Positions 26,200-36,757 of a stretch of DNA of 64,000 nucleotides are shown here, piece after piece; position 1 is the stretch's first letter; each line of letters begins with the position of its first letter. Source of the DNA: Nemertoderma westbladi (lineage: Eukaryota > Animalia > Xenacoelomorpha); NCBI GenBank assembly GCA_032718475.1, contig JAUCBJ010002740.1:979-64978 (forward strand), written 5' to 3'. The notes under the pieces are model-generated. The model was not told where the DNA came from, searched no databases, and saw only the letters and a list, made by a program, of their open reading frames with translations. The position numbers and the translations under genes were made by a program.

Positions 26200-26990
26200 T
26201 AACTCAATGAAGACCAAAAATTTTGTCATTCAACTTAAAAGTCCCCAGGAAATTTCTCACCATATGTGCATAATCTATAAGTTTGATTTGTTTGAGCATG
26301 TGGGTGACTTCTGCTACTTTGGACAGCATTGACGGTACTGTACAGAGTTTCGAAGTCATAGATTACATCCGAATCTTAAGGTTCGATTATTTAAACTGGC
26401 AAGTTATGTTGGGTTCTAACTGCTGAGGACAATATTCTCTGGATGCTCACATACTGCATAGAAAACCACGCTACTGTAGTTTCATATTGTCAAGTACAAT
26501 TAGTACATTTAAAGGAGCAGCTTGGTCTAGTGGTGACATTACTGTGCTTCCGATTAGGGAGCCCGGGTTCGATCCCTAGATGGGGCAGCACTGTTTGGGC
26601 ACAGTGCTTTAAATGCTGCAGCCTAGCCCAACCCCTGCTTTCATCCTTCAGTGGTCGATAAATGGGAACCAAGGCAACTTGGGAAACAGAGTGGAAGGGT
26701 TTACTGTGGAAGATCACCCATGGTGGTGAACAGGCATTCCTTCGCTTAACGAGCCTAAAAGATTCTCCCATTCAATTAGTACATTTCCAACCGGAACCTA
26801 TACAGTATTTCTGTGAGGTATCTCATTGGTCCCCCCAAGCACTTGAATAGAGCCGCCTCCGTTTCGCATGACATTGCTGTCTCCGTGAAGACCATTCTGT
26901 GCACAATCTTGTGCTTTGGCAATTTTATGGAGAAAATAAGCATGGCGGACTGCCCATGATTATTTTGAAGCGCCTCATAAAGATTTTGAG
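26200..26990 (+). mobile_element. Possible highly decayed LINE (RTE-like) 3' fragment interrupted by the SINE
   Basis: FEHVGDFCYFG (~26292-26324) resembles the LINE motif LE.V..F.YLG; other matches are weak. Confidence 0.3.
26511..26772 (+). mobile_element. Full-length tRNA-derived SINE with a Nin/Deu-type central domain
   Basis: A box TGGTCTAGTGG, B box GGTTCGATCCC, Nin-like core CTTTCATCCTTCAGTGGTCGATAAATGGGAACCA; 14-bp TSD CAATTAGTACATTT (26497-26510 and 26773-26786). Confidence 0.9.
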
Positions 26991-27046
26991 TTTTTAGTTT
27001 TTAGAGTTTTTGATTGACGGTTTTTGATAGCCCTTGATATAAATTG

Positions 27047-27419
27047 GAACGACGGCAGATGACAGTTTCCCAGGATGAAGTAAGCAAGCTTAACATACAG
27101 ATACCATTATTTCATCCGTTGCCATGTACAACATTCAAGGATGAAGCCCATTTTCTAATAATCGTAAGCCTTTTCTACGTATTAGTCATCATCTGGTACT
27201 TTACATAGACCTAAGCTTACTACGATGACAATAAAATTTTACATCCGAACATACGAATCTATCATTTGTATTGTACAAGAGATTATAGTAGGATTAACAT
27301 CTGGTGTATTGTAGGATTATACACTAAAGATAGGTGGAACGATGAAAAATAGTTCACTTTGTCTTATTTTGATATCGGCGTTGTTGTCAGAAAACCAAAG
27401 GTAAGTTCTCCAAATGTAA
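27047..27419 (+). repeat. Second copy of the satellite leader
   Basis: Matches 20744-21116 with a handful of substitutions. Confidence 0.93.
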
Positions 27420-30400
27420 TTTTCACTTCCCACAGAAATGCTCTCATTTCTGTGGGTTCTCTTTCACTTCGATCTGAAATGCTGTCATTTATGTGGACTC
27501 TTTTTCACTTCCCTCAGAAATGCTGTCAGTTCTGTGGGTTCTTTTTCACTTCCCACAGAAATGCTCTCATTTCTGTGGGTTCTCTTTCACTTCGATCTGA
27601 AATGCTGTCATTTATGTGGACTCTTTTTCACTTCCCACATAAATGCTGTCAGTTCTGTGGGTTCTTTTTCACATCGATCGTGAATGCTGTCTTTTCTGTG
27701 GGTTCTTTTTCACTTTGATCAGAAATGACGTCACTTCTGTTTTATTTTTGCCATTTATGAGGGTTCTTTTTCACTTCCCTCAGAAATGCTGTCATTTCTG
27801 TTGGGTTCTTTTTCACTTCCCACAGAAATGCTCTCATTTCTGTGGGTTCTCTTTCACTTCGATCTGAAATGCTGTCATTTATGTGGACTCTTTTTCACTT
27901 CCCTCAGAAATGCTGTCATTTCTGTTGGGTTCTTTTTCACTTCCCACATAAATGCTGTCAGTTCTGTGGGATCTTTTTCACATCGATCGTAAATGCTGTC
28001 TTTTCTGTAGGTTATTTTTCACTTTGATCAGAAATGACGTCATTTCTGTTTTATTTTTGCCATTTATGAGGGTTCTTTTTCACTTCCCTCAGAAATGCTG
28101 TCATTTCTCTGGGTTCTTTTTTACTTCCCTCAGAAATGCTGCCATTTCCGAGTTCTTTTTCACTTCCATCAGAAATATCAAAAATGCTGCCATTTCTGTG
28201 GGTTATTTTCCACTTATATCAGAAATGCTGCCATTTCTGAGTGTTCTTTTTCACTTCCTCAGAAATGCTGTCATTTCTGTTGGGTTCTTTTTCACTTCCC
28301 ACATAAATGCTGTCAGTTCTGTGGGTTCTTTTTCACATCGATCGTGAATGCTGTCTTTTCTGTGGGTTCTTTTTCTCTTTGATCAGAAATGACGTCATTT
28401 CTGTGGGTTCTTTTTCACTTCCCTCAGAAATGCTCTCATTTCTGAGGGTTCTTTTTCACTTCCCTCAGAAATGCTCTCATTTCTGTGGGTTCTTTTTCAC
28501 TTATATCAAAAATGCTGCCATTTCTGAGGCTTCTTTTTCAATTACGTCAGAAATACTGCCCTTTATGAGGGTTCTTTTTCACCTCCCTCAGAAATGCTGT
28601 CATTTATGTGGGTTCTTTGTCACTTTCCTCAGAAATATCAAAAATGCTGCCATTTCTGTGGGTTCTTTTTCACTTCCCACAGAAATGCTCTCATTTCTGT
28701 GGGTTCTTTTTCACTTATATCAGAAATGCTGCCATTTCTGAGTGTTCTTTTTCACTCCCACAGAAATGCTGTCATTTATGTGGACTCTTTTTCACTTCCT
28801 CAGAAATGCTGTCATTTCTGTTGGGTTCTTTTTCACTTCCCACATAAATGCTGTCAGTTCTGTGGGTTCTTTTTCACTTCCCTCAGAAATGCTGTCATTT
28901 CTGTTGGGTTCTTTTTCACTTCCCACATAAATGCTGTCAGTTCTGTGGGATCTTTTTCACATCGATCGTAAATGCTGTCTTTTCTGTAGGTTATTTTTCA
29001 CTTTGATCAGAAATGACGTCATTTCTGTTTTATTTTTGCCATTTATGAGGGTTCTTTTTCACTTCCCTCAGAAATGCTGTCATTTCTCTGGGTTCTTTTT
29101 TACTTCCCTCAGAAATGCTGCCATTTCCGAGTTCTTTTTCACTTCCATCAGAAATATCAAAAATGCTGCCATTTCTGTGGGTTATTTTCCACTTATATCA
29201 GAAATGCTGCCATTTCTGAGTGTTCTTTTTCACTTCCTCAGAAATGCTGTCATTTCTGTTGGGTTCTTTTTCACTTCCCACATAAATGCTGTCAGTTCTG
29301 TGGGTTCTTTTTCACATCGATCGTGAATGCTGTCTTTTCTGTGGGTTCTTTTTCTCTTTGATCAGAAATGACGTCATTTCTCTGGGTTCTTTTTTACTTC
29401 CCTCAGAAATGCTGCCATTTCCGAGTTCTTTTTCACTTCCATCAGAAATATCAAAAATGCTGCCATTTCTGTGGGTTATTTTCCACTTATATCAGAAATG
29501 CTGCCATTTCTGAGTGTTCTTTTTCACTTCCTCAGAAATGCTGTCATTTCTGTTGGGTTCTTTTTCACTTCCCACATAAATGCTGTCAGTTCTGTGGGTT
29601 CTTTTTCACATCGATCGTGAATGCTGTCTTTTCTGTGGGTTCTTTTTCTCTTTGATCAGAAATGCTGTCATTTATGTGGGTTCTTTGTCACTTTCCTCAG
29701 AAATATCAAAAATGCTGCCATTTCTGTGGGTTCTTTTTCACTTCCCACAGAAATGCTCTCATTTCTGTGGGTTCTTTTTCACTTCCCACAGAAATGCTCT
29801 CATTTCTGTGGGTTTTTTTTCACTTATATCAGAAATGCTGCCATTTCTGAGTGTTCTTTTTCACTTCCCTCAGAAATGCTGTCATTTCTGTTGGGTTCTT
29901 TTTCACTTCCCACATAAATGCTGTCAGTTCTGTGGGTTCTTTTTCACTTCCCACAGAAATGCTCTCATTTCTGTGGGTTCTTTTTCACTTCCCACAGAAA
30001 TGCTCTCATTTCTGTGGGTTCTCTTTCACTTCGATCTGAAATGCTGTCATTTATGTGGACTCTTTTTCACTTCCTCAGAAATGCTGTCATTTCTGTTGGG
30101 TTCTTTTTCACTTCCCACATAAATGCTGTCAGTTCTGTGGGTTCTTTTTCACATCGATCGTGAATGCTGTCTTTTCTGTGGGTTCTTTTTCACTTCCTCA
30201 GAAATGCTGTCATTTCTGTTGGGTTCTTTTTCACTTCCCACATAAATGCTGTCAGTTCTGTGGGTTCTTTTTCACATCGATCGTGAATGCTGTCTTTTCT
30301 GTGGGTTCTTTTTCACTTTGATCAGAAATGACGTCATTTCTGTGGGTTCTTTTTCACTTCCCTCAGAAATGCTCTCATTTCTGTGGGTTCTTTTTCACCT

Positions 30401-31635
30401 CCCTCAGAAATGCTGTCATTTATGTGGGTTCTTTTTCACTTCCTCAGAAATGCTGTCATTTCTGTTGGGTTCTTTTTCACTTCCCACATAAATGCTGTCA
30501 GTTCTGTGGGTTCTTTTTCACTTCCCACATAAATGCTGTCAGTTCTGTGGGTTCTTTTTCACATCGATCGTGAATGCTGTCTTTTCTGTGGGTTCTTTTT
30601 CACTTCCCACAGAAATGCTCTCATTTCTGTGGGTTCTTTTTCACTTCCCACAGAAATGCTCTCATTTCTGTGGGTTCTCTTTCACTTCGATCTGAAATGC
30701 TGTCATTTATGTGGACTCTTTTTCACTTCCTCAGAAATGCTGTCATTTCTGTTGGGTTCTTTTTCACTTCCCACATAAATGCTGTCAGTTCTGTGGGTTC
30801 TTTTTCACATCGATCGTGAATGCTGTCTTTTCTGTGGGTTCTTTTTCACTTTGATCAGAAATGACGTCATTTCTGTGGGTTCTTTTTCACTTCCCTCAGA
30901 AATGCTCTCATTTCTGTGGGTTCTTTTTCACTTCCCTCAGAAATGCTCTCATTTCTGTGGGTTCTTTTTCACCTCCCTCAGAAATGCTGCCATTTCTGTG
31001 GGTTCTTTTTCACTTATATCAAAAATGCTGCCAATTCTGAGTATTCTTTTTCACTTCCCTCAGAAATGCTCTCATTTCTCTAGGTTCTTTTTCACTTCCC
31101 TCAGAAATGCTGCCATTTCTGAGGGTTCTTTTTCACTTTCCTCAGAAATATCAAAAATGCTGCCATTTCTCTGGGTTCTTTTTCACTTATATCAAAAATG
31201 CTGCCAATTCTGAGTATTCTTTTTCGCTTCCCTCAGAAATGCTGTCATTTCTGTGGGTTCTTTTTCACTTCACTCAGAAATACTCTCATTTCTGTGGTTT
31301 CTTTTTTACTTCCCTTAGAAATGCTATCATTTCTGTGGGCTCTTTTTCATTTCCCTCAAAAATTCTGCCATTTCTGAGGGTTCTTTTCACTTCCCTCAGA
31401 AACACTGCCATTTCTGAGGGTTCTTTTTCACTTCCCTCAGAAATGCTGTCATTTCTGAGGGTTCTTTTTCACTTCCTTCAGAAATGCTGTCATTTATGTG
31501 GGTTCGTTGTCACTTCATTCGGAAATGCACCCATTTCTGTGGGTTATTTTTCACTTCCCTCGGAAATGCTCTCATTTCTGTGGGGTCTTTTTCACTTCCC
31601 TCAGAAATGCTCTCATTTCTCTGGGTTCGTTTTCA
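27420..31635. repeat. 41-bp hairpin satellite, array B
   Basis: Same monomer as array A; an internal duplication at a 979-bp offset (27952 vs 28931). Confidence 0.97.
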
Positions 31636-33515
31636 CTGTTCACCACCATGGGTGATCTTCCACAGTAAGCCCGTCCACTCTGTTTCCTAAAGGAATGCCT
31701 GTTCACCACCATGGGTGATCTTCCACAGTAAACCCTTCCACTCTGTTTCCTAAAGGAATGCCTGTTCACCACCATTGGTGATCTTCCACAGTAAACCCTT
31801 CCACTCTGTTTCCTAAAGGAATGCCTGTTCACCACTATGGGTGATCTTCCACAGTAAACCCTTCCACTCTGTTTCCTAAAGGAATGCCTGTTCACCACCG
31901 TGGGTGATCTTCCACAATAAACCCTTCCACTCTGTTTCCTAAAGGAATGCCTGTTCACCACCATGGGTTATCTTCCACAATAAACACTTCCACTCTGTTT
32001 CCTAAAGGAATGCCTGTTCACCACCATGGGTGATCTTCCACAATAAACCCTTCCACTCTGTTTCCTAAAGGAATGCCTGTTCACCACCATGGGTGATCTT
32101 CCACAATAAACCCTTCCACTCTGTTTCCTAAAGGAATGCCTGTTCACCACCATGGGTGATCTTCCACAGTAAACCCTTCCACTCTGTTTCCTAAAGGAAT
32201 GCCTGTTCACCACCATGGGTGATCTTCCACAATAAACCCTTCCACTCTGTTTCCTAAAGGAATGCCTGTTCACCACCATGGGTGATCTTCCACAATAAAC
32301 CCTTCCACTCTGTTTCCTAAAGGAATGCCTGTTCACCACCATGGGTGATCTTCCACAATAAACCCTTCCACTCTGTTTCCTAAAGGAATGCCTGTTCACC
32401 ACCATGGGTGATCTTCCACAATAAACCCTTCCACTCTGTTTCCTAAAGGAATGCCTGTTCACCACCATGGGTGATCTTCCACAGTAAACCCTTCCACTCT
32501 GTTTCCTAAAGGAATGCCTGTTCACCACCATGGGTGATCTTCCACAATAAACCCTTCCACTCTGTTTCCTAAAGGAATGCCTGTTCACCACCATGGGTGA
32601 TCTTCCACAGTAAACCCTTCCACTCTGTTTCCTAAAGGAATGCCTGTTCACCACCATGGGTGATCTTCCACAATAAACCCTTCCACTCTGTTTCCTAAAG
32701 GAATGCCTGTTCACCACCATGGGTGATCTTCCACAATAAACCCTTCCACTCTGTTTCCTAAAGGAATGCCTGTTCACCACCATGGGTGATCTTCCACAAT
32801 AAACCCTTCCACTCTGTTTCCTAAAGGAATGCCTGTTCACCACCATGGGTGATCTTCCACAATAAACCCTTCCACTCTGTTTCCTAAAGGAATGCCTGTT
32901 CACCACCATGGGTGATCTTCCACAATAAACCTTTCCACTCTGTTTCCTAAAGGAATGCCTGTTCACCACCATGGGTGATCTTCCACAATAAACCCTTCCA
33001 CTCTGTTTCCTAAAGGAATGCCTGTTCACCACCATGGGTGATCTTCCACAGTAAACCCTTCCACTCTGTTTCCTAAAGGAATGCCTGTTCACCACCATGG
33101 GTGATCTTCCACAATAAACCCTTCCACTCTGTTTCCTAAAGGAATGCCTGTTCACCACCATGGGTGATCTTCCACAATAAACCCTTCCACTCTGTTTCCT
33201 AAGGGAATGCCTGTTCACCACCATGGGTAATCTTCCACAATAAACCCTTCCATTCTGTTTCATAAAGGAATGCATGTTCACCACCATGGGTGATCTTCCA
33301 CAGTAAACCCTTCCACTCTGTTTCCTAAAGGAGTGCCTGTTCACCACCATGGGTGATCTTCCACAATAAACCCTTCCACTCTGTTTCCTAAAGGAGTGCC
33401 TGTCCACCACCATGGGTGATCTTCCACAATAAACCCTTCCACTCTGTTTCCTAAAGGAGTGCCTGTTCACCACCATGGGTGATCTTCCACAATAAACTCA
33501 TCCACTCTGTTTCCT
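31636..33515 (-). repeat. 63-bp satellite (~30 copies) derived from the SINE 3' region
   Basis: Minus-strand monomer GGAAACAGAGTGGAAGGGTTTAYTGTGGAAGATCACCCATGGTGGTGAACAGGCATTCCTTTA; 61 of 63 nt match SINE positions 26682-26742. Confidence 0.97.
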
Positions 33516-33518
33516 GAT

Positions 33519-33676
33519 AGGCAGGTTCCATACAGACTACTACTCACTATTCAAGGGCGTAATTGTCATTACGATTACAATACAAAATCAAGGATGTGTT
33601 CTAGAATTATTTATAATTATTTTGTATTGTATTATGCGATTTGAGTAGTAGTGAGTAGTCTGTGTGAACACTGCCT
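33519..33676. mobile_element. Small MITE
   Basis: AGGCAGGTTCCATACAGACTACTACTCACTA is an imperfect inverse of TAGTGAGTAGTCTGTGTGAACACTGCCT. Confidence 0.55.
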
Positions 33677-34053
33677 TACATACATACAATCATTAACTTT
33701 ACCAACTACCTACATTTAGTACGAAGCAGGAAGGTACAATCAATCTGATCCATTCGTATTTGGAGTTTTTTCGAATATTTTTTACAGATACTGTACAAGT
33801 TTAAATTTTAACTTTAAATTACAAAAACGTATTAGTGGCGGTTTCCAAGGTAACGGCCCGCCCAATCCATTCGTGGGGGGGGGGGGGGGGGGGGTTTAAT
33901 TAACATAGTCGGTTAGATATAATAACATTATACAATAATATCTCTGGAGAACATAAATATCAGTGGAACTGAATTCTAACCAAATTTTTATTATCATTTA
34001 AATTAAATTAAATTTTATTTCAATTTCATCAGGCTAGATAATTACAAATCGAG

Positions 34054-34114
34054 ATGACGAAGTTATCAATCACGTCACTGATGCTTGTTATCATCTGTTC
34101 TACTTCCAGATCAG
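34054..34114 (+). CDS. ShK/Caspr-like-repeat gene, coding exon 1: signal peptide MTKLSITSLMLVIICSTSRS
   Basis: Upstream acceptor TTTCATCAG (34032); GAGATG start; K plus hydrophobic core; phase-1 donor CAG|GTAGGC compatible with the next exon. Confidence 0.7.
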
Positions 34115-35004
34115 GTAGGCCTACTCTGTATTGTAAAGAGTATAATACCTATACTAACCAACTAAAACCAAAATAACTAAATATTTTGGATATTTTTGTG
34201 GCGGGTACCTATGACCCTGAAGATGCCCCGAGGTGTGAAATTGATTGGTCGGTAACGGTGATGGTTGATGTTACTAACTAACTAACTTTTTTTTAAGTAT
34301 ATTAATATACGAACGGGCGTTATAAGAGCTCCAGATTTTTTCTAACTGGTATTCCTTGTTGTTTTATACGTTATGAACGCCCTGAAGTCGGCATGTCGTT
34401 TCCTGAATAACTGTTTGAAAATGACATACTGTACTGTACTACTGCACCACTACAGTATCTACACAACAGTACTGCTGTTGTTACCGGTATCCCACAGTAG
34501 TTTAGGGATAAGAGGATTTTCAAAGGCCAAAAATGGGACTACAATATCAGAAAACTCTCTCCTATTCTAGCTAATCATTAGCGCGAGGGTTTAATACAAC
34601 ATAATTGTGTATTTAAATTCCCTCCTATATCAGCCAATATATAACAATAAGGGGGGAGTAATAAAGTCACATATTTGTCCATTTATATCATCCCCTAAAA
34701 TAGGAGGATAAATTTATCAATTTATTAGTAAATTATTACACCACCTAAATAATTAACCCGTGCGCTTTTGGAGTTGAAATAAGTGTTTCTGCGCGCGATT
34801 TAATGTAGCGGGGTTTTAAAACCAAATTTATTCCATAGACTGTACCAACGTGCTCCATTTTGTCGTGTGCTATTTAATTTAAATATATTTTATTTAATTA
34901 ATTACATACAGTTACCCCGGTTTGAGGTGTAACGAAAAAATAAATGTTTAAGCTGAATCTTGTACCAGACCAAATGTTGCCTCTTAATGAGGAAGGTGAT
35001 TCTT

Positions 35005-35492
35005 CTGCAGTTATCCAGTCTGCCGCTAGGTGGCGAAATGTCTGAAAGTGAAAACCTTCTACCATTTCCGTGATTTGAATTCGTTTAGGCTGAATCTTGG
35101 CTTATATGTACTATACTACTGTACATGTTTCTTCTATGTGAAGAAGGTGATCGGTCTGCAGTTCTCCAGTCTGTCGCTAGAGGGCGACAGACTGGAGAAT
35201 CTTCCTGTAAAAAATTACGTTTATTTGATTTAATCAGCTGAAACTTGGCATATAAGTACTAGAAAACTGGCTGCTTCTTTGTGGGACGGTGACGGTACTC
35301 CATCTACATTTCTAGAGTTTACCACTAGAGGTCGAAATATCAGAAAGAAAAAACCTTCTCTCATTTCGTCATTTGTTATCAGTTCAAGGTGGAACTTGGC
35401 AGATATACACGCTAGACCGCAGACCATCCATAGGCTGCGTCTTTGTTGGGACAGTAATCCCTCGCCAGTTCTCCAGTCTACCGCTAAGTGGG
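35005..35492 (+). promoter_or_regulatory. Intronic cluster of CTCF-like motifs in a ~150-bp subrepeat (same family as 17.8-18.4 kb)
   Basis: CTGCAGTTATCCAGTCTGCCGCTAGGTGGCG (35005-35035), CTGCAGTTCTCCAGTCTGTCGCTAGAGGGCG (35156-35186), CCACTAGAGGTCG (35322), CCGCTAAGTGGG (35481). Confidence 0.5.
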
Positions 35493-36070
35493 TTAAAATG
35501 AAAACATTTTAGAAATATGTGAAATAAAAACCTTCAGCCCTTTCGTTTTATTGTTCCTGATTGATTCCCGGCACATATATTCTAGACCTCAGAGTGGTTT
35601 TTTCTCAGCAGATATATGTATATTTTATATGTATGAATATTGGTTTTACATATATAATATTCCATTATACATAAATAAATATATTGATATATTCCTATAT
35701 ATGATACAATACGATACGTCATGTGTGTGTGATACGCATTCAATAATAATTTTTGTTCAATATTCCACGAGTAACCGATGGTGAACCGACTACCAGAGTC
35801 GTCATTTTGAAGGATAAAACCTTTCAATTTCTTGGTATTGTTCCAAACCAAGTTTATGATGAAGAATTGCCAATTCCATTTTACCTGAAATTTCACGAGC
35901 TTGTCTTATCAATATACGTATCGTAATGTTTAATTTCTGTATATTTTGAGGTATTACTCCAATTATTTTATTGTTGTCATTTACTGTATATTAATCCGAA
36001 CTTGATATGTACTCTACGGTGTAAATTAATTACTTCTCAATAACCTCACTATAATTTAATTTAATTACAG

Positions 36071-36187
36071 AAATTTGTGAAGATGCAAATTCAAATTGCC
36101 CTGCTTGGGCGGCCCGTGATCAATGTGAGGCAAATCCTTTATACATGCTGAAGAATTGTCGGTTGTCATGTAAAGAATGCGTTAAAG
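36071..36187 (+). CDS. Coding exon 2: ShK (ShKT) domain EICEDANSNCPAWAARDQCEANPLYMLKNCRLSCKECVK
   Basis: TTACAG acceptor and G|GTTAGT donor; 117 nt, phase 1-1; canonical six-Cys ShK pattern C.D....C..W....C..NP.YM..NC..SC..C. Too short for the ORF track. Confidence 0.93.
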
Positions 36188-36352
36188 GTTAGTTTTTTCG
36201 CACCGTACAACTGTTAAGAACGAGGCTGATTGAACACCTGGAGTTTTCGATGCCAATTTTTAACAACTGCTCAACAATGATTATATATTGCCACATAACT
36301 TCATAGTCTAATTATATTTGTTTATTCTATCGTTATTATTTTATTCCTAAAG

Positions 36353-36748
36353 GGAGATTCACTATTCCTGCGACATTTGTAAGCGAGAAGGTTGGCCCAA
36401 ATGGTCCTGAAGCCAAGTGCGGATACGATATCAACGTGAGTTACGAGCAGGGCGATGCGGAAGTGCGTAGGCTGATAGACGAAGCAGACAGCTGCACCCA
36501 AACTGTTACCACCTCAACCCGATACATCTACAGCCCCGACCTCTGTTTTGCTGATCGTGATGGCAACAAGCATCCATTCGATGTCTGGACCAATACAAAG
36601 TGCAGTCAGAGCTCTACTGAATGTCTCGAGACCATTGTTGTTGCAAACAAGAAGTTACTTCCCATCACGAAATTGCAGGTTGGGGATACCGGTTCGTCCA
36701 ATGAGGTGATCTACAGTGAAACAGTCAGTGACATCGACTGCGTAAAGG
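36353..36748 (+). CDS. Coding exon 3: six-Cys Caspr/neurexin-IV fibrinogen-like (COLFI-related) repeat 1
   Basis: CCTAAAG acceptor, 396 nt, phase 1-1. The motifs G.E....Y...VSY, LID.A..C.Q and K.LLPIT.LQVGDTG.S.E.....C recall the CNTNAP segment ITDSAEYCEQ...KDHLPVSQVVVGDT...SE......LRC. Confidence 0.88.
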
Positions 36749-36757
36749 GTTAGTTGA

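Noticed and set aside
26514-26586. Functional tRNA gene
   Set aside because: No complete cloverleaf; continues into a SINE body and is flanked by a TSD.
21117-31635. CRISPR-like palindromic repeats, and dozens of Phe/Cys-rich ORFs
   Set aside because: No unique spacers; the ORFs are translations of a stop-poor satellite in all three frames.
31572-33476. 502-aa and 130-aa 21-residue repeat proteins
   Set aside because: Translation of the SINE-derived 63-bp satellite; no unique coding flanks.
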